Origin: Aquifex aeolicus VF5
GTDB taxonomy: Bacteria > Aquificota > Aquificia > Aquificales > Aquificaceae
Assembly: GCF_000008625.1 (NCBI RefSeq)
Contig: NC_000918.1
Span: 510,001 to 542,000, forward strand
Length of the DNA stretch: 32,000 nt
Direction of reading: 5' to 3'
A program made the position numbers and the translations under genes. Of the stretch, positions 11,156 to 19,975 are shown piece by piece. The notes below the pieces were generated by a model, which saw nothing but the letters and a program-made list of their open reading frames with translations, did no database searches and was not told where the DNA came from. Each line of letters starts with the position of its first letter. Position 1 is the first letter of the stretch.

Positions 11156-13126
11156 TTAAACTTCTTCTACGGGAGTCTTTTGTATTTCTTCTACCGCCTT
11201 TAGGAGTGCGAGTCCGGACTTGTGGAGAGAGTTCTGTCCCAGTATGCCTATGAGTCTCAGGAGAGAAAGTTCGTTTAAGAATGTTTCGTGGTCAAGTCCC
11301 GTCATCTTTTCTACTTCCTCAAACTGTTTTGGGAGAATCCTCACCTTTTCTTCCTTTACGTAAAGGTTTCCTACCTTGGATATGGCTTCCACAATTCTGT
11401 ACATGAAGGGGTTTACAGGGTTGCCGAGTCCTTCGGGAACGGAGGATACAGCTTCCTTTATGAGTTCTCCTGCCTTTGTGAGAACGAGTCCTTCATTAGG
11501 AAGGACGTCCAGAAATCCTCTTGCCTGAAGTTTTTCAACCGCGAGGTGAACTTCCTCTTTCATAACTTCGTCGAATTCCTTGAAGAGTTCACTCAGGAAC
11601 ATTCCCGCTTTTGGTATCTTATGGAGAACCATGAGTTCAAACCTTGTGAGGTGTGGCTTTCTCTTTATGGTGTATGCGAGCTCAGAGTACAGCCTTCCGC
11701 TGTCAGTGGGTGCTCCCGTTCTCACGAGTACCTCATCTACAGCCTGCTTGTACCACTCGTAATTGGGGGCCATAAACTCCCTCTTTGTTATTGTGATAGC
11801 CTTAACACCGGTGGCGGTGATATCCCTTATTCCGTGCTTTTCAAGGTCCTCCAGAACTTTTTTGCCGTGCTCCGTGGGAACGTAATAAAGTTCTCCCTTT
11901 TCTGTGAGCTCAGTCGTTATTAAGTCAAAAGACTCAAGTGAATAAAGGGCTTCCGTAACCAGATCCATCATCTTCTTGTACCACTCTCCGCCCTTTTCGT
12001 AGAAGTGTTTGAAAAGCTCTTCAACGGTTTTTAGTTCCTGGAATTTTTTCTTTATTTCTTCTTTCTTCTTGTAATTAAAGTCCTGATTTATCTTCCTTCC
12101 GTAGTATTCAACGAGGTGTTTGTACTCCTTTAGGGGTCTCAGTAGCATTTCCCTGACTATTTCCTCTTTAGTGGGTAAGGGTCCAGCCTGTTCCTGGTGT
12201 TTCTTGAGGAGTTTGTCTATCGTTTTCAGTATTTCTTCCTCAAAGACTTCAAGGTTGAAGGTTCTGTAGAAGGGGTAGCTCTTCTTTTTCCAGAGTTTGT
12301 AAACTTCGAGGAGTTTTTCGCCTGCGGGAAGAAGGTTTCCTTGGTCGTCAAAGAGTCCGAGCGCGTACATAACTTCTTGTCCCGCTTCGGGAAGTTTTTG
12401 TATTCCCTCGTCAAGGGCGGTTACGAAGTCCTCCAGAATGTCTTCCGATATAAGTGTGTCTAAACTGAAGGGCATAACCCTCAGGGTTTGCTCCACCGCC
12501 TGACCGAGTCCCGTCAGGGCGTATACGTCGGAGTTGGGAACTGAAAAGGCTATGAGTCTCATGGACTCAAGGAGCAGGGGAAAGTGTTTTCCTTCAGGGA
12601 GCATACTCTTTTCTGCGGGACCAGGAGGCATCTTCCTTATATATTCCGCAAGCTCCCGTGAGATTTCCAGTTTAGGCGTTATCTCGTTGTAAATTTCGTA
12701 AACGGCTTTTGCGTATTCATTTACGGTCTTTATCTTTCCTTTCTTTTCCACTTCCACTTCTTCTAAAAAGCCCCTTTCCATTAGGGCGTGCTCTATCTTC
12801 TCTCCCGGTCTGCCGTCGTTGAGGATTGTGGAGTGTATCATGCTGATTATTTCCGAGCCTATCCACCTGAAGTGCTCGTCCCAGTTCTCTGGGTGCGGAA
12901 TGTAACCCTTGTCTATCATCTCGTGGAGGAGGTTCACGAGAGCCTCACCCCAGTAGGTAAGGGTGTACTCGAGGGGTTTTTCAAGCCTCACTAAGTTCTG
13001 AAACTCAAGTTCTAAGAAAACTTCTTCTTCTCTCGTTTTTTCCGCAACCTTGTAAGTAGGTTCTCCTCTTTCTTTTGCTTCCTTTACAGCTAGGAGTGCC
13101 AGAGCGTGTTCCCTCATTATAATCAT
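11156..13126 (-). CDS. Uncharacterised 656-aa protein, tentatively DUF505-like, with repeated winged-helix-type motifs
   Basis: Long ORF overlapping its upstream neighbour by 4 nt. Repeated 'LTxxGExxxxxL' segments: YTLTYWGEALVNLL, YALTGLGQAVEQTL, YVPTEHGKKVLEDL, LVLTKAGELIKEAV. The DUF505 assignment is from memory and unverified. Confidence 0.75.
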   Translation of the reverse strand: MIIMREHALALLAVKEAKERGEPTYKVAEKTREEEVFLELEFQNLVRLEKPLEYTLTYWGEALVNLLHEMIDKGYIPHPENWDEHFRWIGSEIISMIHSTILNDGRPGEKIEHALMERGFLEEVEVEKKGKIKTVNEYAKAVYEIYNEITPKLEISRELAEYIRKMPPGPAEKSMLPEGKHFPLLLESMRLIAFSVPNSDVYALTGLGQAVEQTLRVMPFSLDTLISEDILEDFVTALDEGIQKLPEAGQEVMYALGLFDDQGNLLPAGEKLLEVYKLWKKKSYPFYRTFNLEVFEEEILKTIDKLLKKHQEQAGPLPTKEEIVREMLLRPLKEYKHLVEYYGRKINQDFNYKKKEEIKKKFQELKTVEELFKHFYEKGGEWYKKMMDLVTEALYSLESFDLITTELTEKGELYYVPTEHGKKVLEDLEKHGIRDITATGVKAITITKREFMAPNYEWYKQAVDEVLVRTGAPTDSGRLYSELAYTIKRKPHLTRFELMVLHKIPKAGMFLSELFKEFDEVMKEEVHLAVEKLQARGFLDVLPNEGLVLTKAGELIKEAVSSVPEGLGNPVNPFMYRIVEAISKVGNLYVKEEKVRILPKQFEEVEKMTGLDHETFLNELSLLRLIGILGQNSLHKSGLALLKAVEEIQKTPVEEV

Positions 13127-13422
13127 TTGCCTTCACCTCCGAACATTTTTAATTCATCCTCTATGAGTTTTTGGGCTTCTTCCTTGCTCACTTCCACGTA
13201 AAGTTTCCCCACGAGGTAGTAAAACTTCCTGTTTGAGTCAAACTTCTCAAGGGCTTCCTTTGCGAGCTTCAGCTCTTTCTCCATTATATCCCTCTCAAGG
13301 GCTTCCAAAAGCTCAATTGCTTCCTTTACCTTTTCCTCCCTTATGTAGCCCTCTTCCGCTCTGCTCCTTTGCTCAAGGGCTCCTTTTAAAAGGTTTGTTA
13401 TGGCTTTTAATCTCTCAAGCAT
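13123..13422 (-). CDS. Small coiled-coil protein (99 aa), possible prefoldin-beta-like subunit
   Basis: ORF overlaps both neighbours (4 and 8 nt); helical, then FYYLVGKLYVEVSKEEAQKLIEDEL, resembling the prefoldin-beta hairpin (vYk.vG.llvk.dkee...el). Confidence 0.65.
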   Translation of the reverse strand: MLERLKAITNLLKGALEQRSRAEEGYIREEKVKEAIELLEALERDIMEKELKLAKEALEKFDSNRKFYYLVGKLYVEVSKEEAQKLIEDELKMFGGEGK

Positions 13423-14143
13423 CTTTCTTCACCTCCGTCCAGCCTGCTGTTTTTTTCTCGGAAGGAACGTAAATAACACTTCTCGGTCTGATATCAAGTC
13501 GGTAAAGTCTCCTTATTCTGTTTCTTATCTCCTTGTCCCCCCAGAACCAGAAGAGTCGGCCTCCGAAGGGGGCTGTGGTCCAAAAGCCTACTCTTAAAGG
13601 GATTTCCCAGTTTTTCATTTCAGAGAGGAGGTTTTTATGGAATATCTCACCTATCGGGTGGTCACGAACGAGCGTAAGTTCCGCGTGGGCGAGGGCTTCC
13701 GCGTAGGAGTGGCATGCGGACCTTAGTTTCTCGTAGTTATTTGCTTTAACTTCAAACTCCGCTACACCCTCAAACACTTCACTCTTGAAGTAGTCCTTAA
13801 AATCCTTCCTCTTCAAGTCGTAAACTTCTACCACCTTTTCCTTAATCCCTTCGGAAGACAGGTAAACCTTTTCGGGAACTTCTATACTTTCTATAAACTC
13901 TTTTTCCGCTTCAAATACCATTTTTTCTATTTCCCTCACGAATTTTCTGAGGGAGGTTCTTTTGTGCCTTTTTACGTAGTTCTTTACCTTCGTGTTTAGA
14001 GCTTTGTCCTTTTTCAGGAAGTAGTAAACGAGAGCGTCTTTTATAGCCTCTTTTATTTCACTTCCGGGAATGAATTTCTTACCGTTTTCTTCGGGAAATT
14101 TCTTAGAAGAGAGGAGAACGGGACTCCATGCAAGCAACTTCAT
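13415..14143 (-). CDS. Uncharacterised protein (242 aa) with RAMP/Csm5-like signatures
   Basis: N-terminus [37 protein letters not shown] resembles the xxPVxIGxG...YIPGSSIKGAIRTAL start of RAMP proteins; C-terminus [11 protein letters not shown]...RPRSVIYV...[11 protein letters not shown] certain from coupling; family tentative. Confidence 0.65.
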   Translation of the reverse strand: MKLLAWSPVLLSSKKFPEENGKKFIPGSEIKEAIKDALVYYFLKKDKALNTKVKNYVKRHKRTSLRKFVREIEKMVFEAEKEFIESIEVPEKVYLSSEGIKEKVVEVYDLKRKDFKDYFKSEVFEGVAEFEVKANNYEKLRSACHSYAEALAHAELTLVRDHPIGEIFHKNLLSEMKNWEIPLRVGFWTTAPFGGRLFWFWGDKEIRNRIRRLYRLDIRPRSVIYVPSEKKTAGWTEVKKDA

Positions 14144-14829
14144 TTGAATTCCTCCAGTGCGGTGTTTGCCTTTTCTGAAATATCTATGTCAAAAAGGGCT
14201 ATCGTGGGAAGGAGCCAGGACACCCTGAAGCGGTTGTCCTTTTCTCTAGTCTTTCCGAAGTAAGCGAGGGCTACCCTTCCGAAGCCCGCCATCTTTTCTA
14301 CCTTCTTAGCTCTTTCAAGGAAATCCCTGGCAACCAAGGGAAGTTTTTTGTAGGGGAGCGGAAGGCTTTCTCTTCCCCTTTGTTTGTAGAATTCCGTAAT
14401 GACACCCACGCTCTTTAGGTTGTTGGCGAGCTCATGGAGTCTGTGTTTTTTGAAGAACGCCATCAAGAGTGTTGGGGCGGGGGTTCTCAGAATTTCAAGA
14501 TTTTCTTTTCCTTCTCTCAGCTCCGCTACTATATAGGCCACACCCTCACTCGTCTCTATGTGGGCGAATAACTTTTTATTCTCTGGAAGTTCAAGGAGTA
14601 TTTCTTCTATTTCATACGTAGCCCCTCCCTCCTCCCACTTATCCCCAACCTCCCTGCCTGCTTGTGAAGCAAAAAAGGTTCGAACGCCGTTTTTCTTTCC
14701 GAGTATCAAGTCAAAGCCCCACCTTCTCAAATCCTGTATTGTAAACTCCCTTTCCTTCTCAGGTTGTCCCAATGTTTCAAAGACGAGTGTGTTTAGGGCT
14801 ATCTTTTCTACGAGTTCCTTTTTATCCAT
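14140..14829 (-). CDS. Uncharacterised protein (229 aa) in the prefoldin-like operon
   Basis: Complete ORF overlapping both neighbours by 4 and 8 nt; no family recognised. Confidence 0.75.
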   Translation of the reverse strand: MDKKELVEKIALNTLVFETLGQPEKEREFTIQDLRRWGFDLILGKKNGVRTFFASQAGREVGDKWEEGGATYEIEEILLELPENKKLFAHIETSEGVAYIVAELREGKENLEILRTPAPTLLMAFFKKHRLHELANNLKSVGVITEFYKQRGRESLPLPYKKLPLVARDFLERAKKVEKMAGFGRVALAYFGKTREKDNRFRVSWLLPTIALFDIDISEKANTALEEFK

Positions 14830-15361
14830 TTAGGCTCACCTCTTCGTTTATGCGTGCCATCAGGTAATTCGCGGTTATTTCAAGGGCAAACACAAAGAGC
14901 GTTATCACCGCAGCTCCCCAGAAAGCACCCTCAAAGTAGTTCCCTATGGTAAGAGCTCCGAGGAGGTCAAACTTAGAAAGGAGCATTATGATGAGCATGA
15001 GTGTGAAAATTCCGTAGTAAGCGTACCTGTAGTAATCAAGTCCCGCAAGCCACAGGGCTAAAAGTGCAGGAATGGATAGGTTTTCGGTTCTCTCTACTGG
15101 TTCGTTTGTTTTTTTTGCAAGTTCTCTTCTGTCTATTTCTTTGTTGGTGAGAAAAGCTTCCGCGGTAATTACAAAACTCCCGTAACCGAAGAGGAGTTTA
15201 TTTGCAAACACAAGAGCCCCCAGAAATCCGAGTAAAAACGCAAAACCTTCGGGTGTTAGTACTACGAGGAGAGTTGATACGAATATCCCGGTAAAGGCGA
15301 AAAAGAGAAGTGTCGCAAAGAGTATTACAAGTATCCATTGGGATACACTTTCAGCCTTCAT
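14822..15361 (-). CDS. Integral membrane protein (179 aa), about four or more hydrophobic segments
   Basis: [85 protein letters not shown]; overlaps neighbours by 4 and 8 nt. Confidence 0.8.
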   Translation of the reverse strand: MKAESVSQWILVILFATLLFFAFTGIFVSTLLVVLTPEGFAFLLGFLGALVFANKLLFGYGSFVITAEAFLTNKEIDRRELAKKTNEPVERTENLSIPALLALWLAGLDYYRYAYYGIFTLMLIIMLLSKFDLLGALTIGNYFEGAFWGAAVITLFVFALEITANYLMARINEEVSLNG

Positions 15362-15855
15362 TTACTCTCCTCCTTTTTCTCTTCCTTCTTTTCCGTCTGT
15401 TGTTTTTCCTTAACTCCGTAAGTGAAGGGGTGAACAACCGTGTATATGTCCTGTGAAAGTGGGTGCGTGTATGTGAATGTGGCGACTACGAGGTCCCCAA
15501 CTTTCAACTTTTCCGTTCCCTCTTTTAGCTTTAGCTCAACTATGGCAACGCTGAGAGGTGGAATTGTAACGTTTGCGGGAATGTTTGAAAGAACGTATCC
15601 CTTTTCTTTACTTTCCTTTCCAGGGGTAAAAACAAAGGCCTTTTCGGTAATTTTTATTGGGAGTGTTCCGGGATTGGATATGGTGTAGGCTATAAGGTGT
15701 TTCTCCTTATTATAGGTAGCACTCAGAACTATGGGGGAGCCGGGAATGTTTTGAAATTGTTTGAGGAGTTTTGAAGAGGTAAAGTAAGAGCCGACCCCAC
15801 CTCCCACGAGGAGGCCAGCCAAGGCTATCATCGTTCCTATCACAAAGTACCTCAT
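15358..15855 (-). CDS. Membrane-anchored protein with predicted beta-sandwich ectodomain and Lys/Glu-rich tail (165 aa)
   Basis: N-terminal hydrophobic segment YFVIGTMIALAGLLVGGGVGSYF, beta-rich domain (ITEKAFVFTPG...VTIPPLSVAIVELKL...GDLVVATFTYTHP), C-terminal [16 protein letters not shown]. Confidence 0.75.
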   Translation of the reverse strand: MRYFVIGTMIALAGLLVGGGVGSYFTSSKLLKQFQNIPGSPIVLSATYNKEKHLIAYTISNPGTLPIKITEKAFVFTPGKESKEKGYVLSNIPANVTIPPLSVAIVELKLKEGTEKLKVGDLVVATFTYTHPLSQDIYTVVHPFTYGVKEKQQTEKKEEKKEESK

Positions 15856-16304
15856 TATTTTTTAGCCTCCTCCTGTCCAACTTTTCTTACTTCTTCGAGA
15901 AGTTCTTCAATTTTGTTGTAGAGATCGGCTATCGCTTCCTCAAGTGCCCTCCTTAGAGCTTCCAGAGCTGCTATTTCCTTTCTTATCCTGTCTACCGCCT
16001 CGTCGTAGCTCATTACCGCGGATATTCCCGTTCCTATGCTCATTATCACCTCGTCAACGCCTTCACTCTTTGCCTTTATCTGTGCGGTAGCTCCTACGGG
16101 TATGAGCACTTCTTTACCCTTTCCGAGTTCCTTTAAGCTTCTTAGAGTAGCTTCTGCGGTTCTGAGGTCCGTTATGGATTGATTGATAACGGAAATTTCA
16201 GCCCTGAGGGCTTCAATGTTAGCCATGTAACCCCTGAGCTGTCTGTTTAGCTCATCCATTTTTTGCTCAGGAGTTTTTTGAACTTCCTTCTTCTCTTCTG
16301 CCAT
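15855..16304 (-). CDS. Prefoldin alpha/gamma-like chaperone subunit (149 aa)
   Basis: Coiled coil, then double hairpin KEVLIPVGATAQIKAKSEGVDEVIMSIGTGISAVMSYDEAVDRI, then coiled coil: the prefoldin-alpha layout. The track starts at 16313 (MGKMAEEKK), but AGGAGGT lies directly against that GTG and 7 nt before the ATG at 16304, so I prefer 16304. Confidence 0.85.
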   Translation of the reverse strand: MAEEKKEVQKTPEQKMDELNRQLRGYMANIEALRAEISVINQSITDLRTAEATLRSLKELGKGKEVLIPVGATAQIKAKSEGVDEVIMSIGTGISAVMSYDEAVDRIRKEIAALEALRRALEEAIADLYNKIEELLEEVRKVGQEEAKK

Positions 16305-16340
16305 CTTACCCACCTCCTATTAAGGTTTACATATAATTTT

Positions 16341-16368
16341 ATTATATTCCTTTTAAAAATTTTTGCAA
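16341..16368 (-). promoter_or_regulatory. Candidate promoter for the prefoldin-like operon (TTGCAA, 16 bp, TATAAT)
   Basis: Minus strand TATAAT at 16341..16346 and TTGCAA at 16363..16368, about 40 nt upstream of the start at 16304, in the divergent intergenic region with mnmG. Confidence 0.5.
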
Positions 16369-16456
16369 TAATTCTTATCATAAAACTTTATAAAATTGTA
16401 TTAAGACTTTGTCCCATACACTATTTTGCTAAAGAGGCTAAATTCTATTAATTGCG

Positions 16457-18310
16457 ATGGCTTGGGTAGTTGACGAGTTTGACGTGGTAGTTATAGGAGG
16501 CGGACACGCTGGGATAGAGGCAGCCCTTGCGGCAGCGAGAATGGGCGCAAAGACAGCGATGTTCGTTCTGAACGCGGATACCATAGGACAGATGTCCTGC
16601 AACCCCGCAATAGGAGGAATAGCAAAGGGAATAGTGGTAAGGGAGATAGACGCCCTCGGGGGAGAGATGGGAAAGGCTATAGACCAGACGGGTATTCAGT
16701 TCAAGATGCTGAATACGAGAAAGGGAAAAGCAGTCCAGTCTCCGAGAGCTCAGGCGGACAAAAAACGCTACAGGGAGTACATGAAAAAGGTATGTGAAAA
16801 TCAGGAAAACCTTTACATAAAACAGGAAGAAGTTGTGGACATAATAGTGAAGAACAATCAAGTTGTGGGTGTAAGGACGAACCTCGGAGTTGAGTACAAA
16901 ACGAAAGCGGTTGTCGTGACTACGGGAACCTTTCTGAACGGCGTTATATACATAGGCGACAAGATGATACCCGGGGGAAGGCTCGGAGAACCGAGAAGCG
17001 AAGGGCTTTCCGACTTTTACAGGAGATTTGATTTTCCCCTAATACGCTTTAAGACTGGAACGCCCGCGAGACTTGACAAGAGAACCATAGACTTTTCCGC
17101 TCTAGAAGTAGCTCCCGGAGACGACCCGCCCCCTAAGTTTTCCTTCTGGACCGAGCCCGTGGGCTCTTACTGGTTCCCTAAAGGAAAAGAACAGGTAAAC
17201 TGCTGGATTACGTATACGACTCCCAAAACCCACGAAATTATCAGGAAGAACCTCCACAGAACGGCCCTTTACGGCGGTCTCATTAAGGGAATAGGACCAA
17301 GGTACTGCCCCTCAATTGAGGACAAGATAGTGAAGTTCCCCGACAAGGAGAGACACCAGATATTCCTAGAGCCCGAAGGTCTGGACACAATAGAAATATA
17401 CCCGAACGGACTCTCCACTTCTTTACCCGAAGAGGTCCAGTGGGAGATGTACCGCTCAATCCCCGGACTTGAAAACGTAGTCCTAATCAGACCCGCTTAC
17501 GCCATAGAGTACGACGTTGTTCCGCCCACAGAACTTTACCCAACTCTTGAGACGAAAAAGATAAGGGGTCTCTTCCACGCGGGTAATTTCAACGGAACTA
17601 CGGGATACGAGGAAGCAGCAGGTCAAGGAATAGTGGCGGGAATAAACGCAGCCCTCAGAGCTTTCGGAAAAGAGCCCATATACCTGAGAAGGGACGAGAG
17701 CTACATAGGCGTTATGATAGATGACCTCACGACTAAAGGAGTTACGGAACCCTACAGACTCTTTACCTCCCGTTCTGAATACAGGCTGTATATAAGGCAG
17801 GATAACGCAATACTTAGACTAGCAAAGCTCGGAAGGGAACTCGGACTCCTCAGTGAGGAGCAGTATAAACTCGTAAAAGAACTCGAAAGGGAAATAGAGA
17901 AGTGGAAGGAGTTTTACAAGAGCGAAAGGGTAAGCGTTGCGGTGGGAGGAGACACGAGGAGTTACAGCGTTGCCACACTAATGACCATGAACTACACCCT
18001 TGACGATGTAAAAGAGAAGTTCGGATACGAAGTGCCCCAGCACCCTTACGTAAAAGAAGAAGTGGAAATCCAGCTAAAGTACGAGCCCTACATAGAGAGG
18101 GAGAGGAAATTAAACGAAAAGTTAAAGAAACTTGAAGACACGAAAATACCACCCGACATTGATTACGACAAAATCCCGGGTCTTACGAAAGAGGCGAGGG
18201 AAAAACTTAAGAAATTCAAACCCATAACCGTAGGTCAGGCCTCCAGAATTGACGGAATTACGCCCGCAGCGATAACGGCACTACTCGTTTACCTCGGAAA
18301 GTTAGACTGA
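16457..18310 (+). CDS. mnmG: tRNA uridine 5-carboxymethylaminomethyl modification enzyme, FAD-binding subunit
   Basis: 617 aa; VVIGGGHAGIEAALAAARMGAKT, CNPAIGGIAKG, RAQADKKRY, GTFLNG, GTPARL, AGNFNGTTGYEEAAGQG. Confidence 0.96.
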   Translation: MAWVVDEFDVVVIGGGHAGIEAALAAARMGAKTAMFVLNADTIGQMSCNPAIGGIAKGIVVREIDALGGEMGKAIDQTGIQFKMLNTRKGKAVQSPRAQADKKRYREYMKKVCENQENLYIKQEEVVDIIVKNNQVVGVRTNLGVEYKTKAVVVTTGTFLNGVIYIGDKMIPGGRLGEPRSEGLSDFYRRFDFPLIRFKTGTPARLDKRTIDFSALEVAPGDDPPPKFSFWTEPVGSYWFPKGKEQVNCWITYTTPKTHEIIRKNLHRTALYGGLIKGIGPRYCPSIEDKIVKFPDKERHQIFLEPEGLDTIEIYPNGLSTSLPEEVQWEMYRSIPGLENVVLIRPAYAIEYDVVPPTELYPTLETKKIRGLFHAGNFNGTTGYEEAAGQGIVAGINAALRAFGKEPIYLRRDESYIGVMIDDLTTKGVTEPYRLFTSRSEYRLYIRQDNAILRLAKLGRELGLLSEEQYKLVKELEREIEKWKEFYKSERVSVAVGGDTRSYSVATLMTMNYTLDDVKEKFGYEVPQHPYVKEEVEIQLKYEPYIERERKLNEKLKKLEDTKIPPDIDYDKIPGLTKEAREKLKKFKPITVGQASRIDGITPAAITALLVYLGKLD

Positions 18311-19191
18311 TGGATTTGTTAGATGCTTGGGATTACTTCATAAACGAGGTTAGAAAATTTTTCAAAGAGAAGGGCTACACCGAGGTCTCCACCCCCCTCC
18401 TTCTCGACTTTCCCAACTTAGACTCAAACGTAGAGCCCGTAAAGGTGGAAGTTCTGGAAAGGGGAGAGAATAAAGTAAAGTGGCTTCACACGTCCCCCGA
18501 ATACTCTATGAAAAAGCTCCTTTCCCGCTACAAAAGGGATATATTCCAGATAACAAAAGTCTTCAGGAACAACGAGTGGGGTAGGCTTCACAGGATAGAG
18601 TTTCACATGCTCGAGTGGTACGCTGTAGGTTGCGACTACCTTTACTTAATAGAGGAGCTCAAACAGCTCCTCAATAAACTCTTTGGCTTCAAAGAATTTG
18701 AAGTTATTACGGTGGAGGAAGCCTTTAAAAGGCACTTCGGGGAGGGAATTCCGCAGGAAGAAAGCAGTATGAAAGAACTCCTTGAGAGAAAGGGTATTGA
18801 TTTTTCAGAGGACGAAGACTGGGAAACGCTTTTCTACAGGGCTTTTATAGAAGTTGAGAGGCATTTAGGTTTTAATAGACCCACTTTTTTGATAAACTTC
18901 CCGGAAAGGCTGTGCGCCCTCGCAAAAGTAAGAAACGGATATGCGGAGAGGTTTGAACTCTTTATAAAGGGAATAGAACTCGCAAACGGCTGGACCGAGG
19001 AGACCAACCCTGAGGAAGTGAGAAAAAGGCTTGAGAGGGAAGCAAAAAAGAGAAATCTTCCCTTGGACGAGGACTTTATAAAGGCTCACGAAGATATGCC
19101 CGAGTGTGCGGGATGCTCCCTCGGTATAGACAGGCTCTTTTCCCTCTTTTTAGGAAAGGAAGAACTTGTCAGCGAATTCTTCCGAGCTTAA
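18310..19191 (+). CDS. epmA: EpmA/GenX/PoxA-type lysyl-tRNA synthetase paralogue (EF-P lysine ligase family)
   Basis: 293 aa, class II core without anticodon-binding domain: VSTPLLLDFPNLDSNVEPV, HTSPEYSMKKLL, QITKVFRNNEWGRLHRIEFHMLEWY, CSLGIDRLFSLF. Confidence 0.85.
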   Translation: MDLLDAWDYFINEVRKFFKEKGYTEVSTPLLLDFPNLDSNVEPVKVEVLERGENKVKWLHTSPEYSMKKLLSRYKRDIFQITKVFRNNEWGRLHRIEFHMLEWYAVGCDYLYLIEELKQLLNKLFGFKEFEVITVEEAFKRHFGEGIPQEESSMKELLERKGIDFSEDEDWETLFYRAFIEVERHLGFNRPTFLINFPERLCALAKVRNGYAERFELFIKGIELANGWTEETNPEEVRKRLEREAKKRNLPLDEDFIKAHEDMPECAGCSLGIDRLFSLFLGKEELVSEFFRA

Positions 19192-19942
19192 CGGATATCT
19201 TTTGAGCGCTTTCTTTCAGTATTTCCTTAACCCAGCCCGTTAGGTCTTCTTTGGTCATCCTGTAGGAAGGGGCAACGATGGTGACAGTGTAGTTTACTTT
19301 TCCCGCATAGTCGTAAACCGGGGCGGCAGCACTTACAACTTCCTCCTCGTACTCTTCCAGGTTAAGGGCGTAACCCTCTTTCCTGATTTTCGGGAGTTCT
19401 TTCAGGAGTTCTTCGGGTGTTTTGGTGTGGGGGGTGTGTCTTACCCACTTTACGGTTTTAAAGTAGTTTTCGAGTTCCTTTTCGTCAAAGTGAGAGAGGT
19501 AAATCTTTCCGGAGGCGGAAGCGTAAAGCGGGAGAACCCTCCCGTATCTCGAGAGTATCATCACTTCCCTTTCTACTTCGCTCTTTTCTATGTAGAGAAC
19601 CTCGTAAGAGACTCTGGTCGTCAGGTAAACGTTTTCCTTTACCTTCTTTGCCACCTCCTCGAGGATGGGTTTTGAAGCTTTCTTTATGTCTAAGTGCTTC
19701 AGGTAAGATACGCCGAGTTCAAAGTTCTTTATGCCGAGTCTGTAGAGTTTATTTTCCTCGTCAAAGGATATCCACTCGGACTCCAATAAGAATGTGAGTA
19801 TCTTCTGGAGCTTCTGTCTGCTGATTCTGAGTTCTTCCTGGAGCTTTTCAAAGGTATATGGTTTTTTCTCAAGGAGGAATAGAACCTCAAGGGCAAGGTG
19901 TACGTTCTGGATTATGTATATATCCTTATACTGATGTTCCAT
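19169..19942 (-). CDS. IclR-family transcriptional regulator
   Basis: 257 aa; N-terminal HTH followed by effector domain with LYASASGKIYLSHF, EGYALNLEEYEEEVVSAAAPVYDYAGKVNYTVTI. Confidence 0.88.
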   Translation of the reverse strand: MEHQYKDIYIIQNVHLALEVLFLLEKKPYTFEKLQEELRISRQKLQKILTFLLESEWISFDEENKLYRLGIKNFELGVSYLKHLDIKKASKPILEEVAKKVKENVYLTTRVSYEVLYIEKSEVEREVMILSRYGRVLPLYASASGKIYLSHFDEKELENYFKTVKWVRHTPHTKTPEELLKELPKIRKEGYALNLEEYEEEVVSAAAPVYDYAGKVNYTVTIVAPSYRMTKEDLTGWVKEILKESAQKISVKLGRIR

Positions 19943-19955
19943 AAGTCTAAATTTT

Positions 19956-19968
19956 AAAGTTAAACTTT
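19956..19968. promoter_or_regulatory. Candidate operator, AAAGTT-A-AACTTT inverted repeat
   Basis: Perfect 6-bp arms with 1-nt centre, in the 33-bp divergent gap between the IclR-type gene and the membrane glycosyltransferase. Confidence 0.35.
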
Positions 19969-19975
19969 TTTCCTG

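Noticed and set aside
12197-12463. Plus-strand 88-aa ORF inside the 656-aa gene
   Set aside because: Antisense shadow ORF, Phe/Val-rich, no start context.
16448-16861. Minus-strand 137-aa ORF opposite the mnmG start
   Set aside because: Looks hydrophobic but is antisense to conserved FAD-binding sequence; no ribosome binding site.
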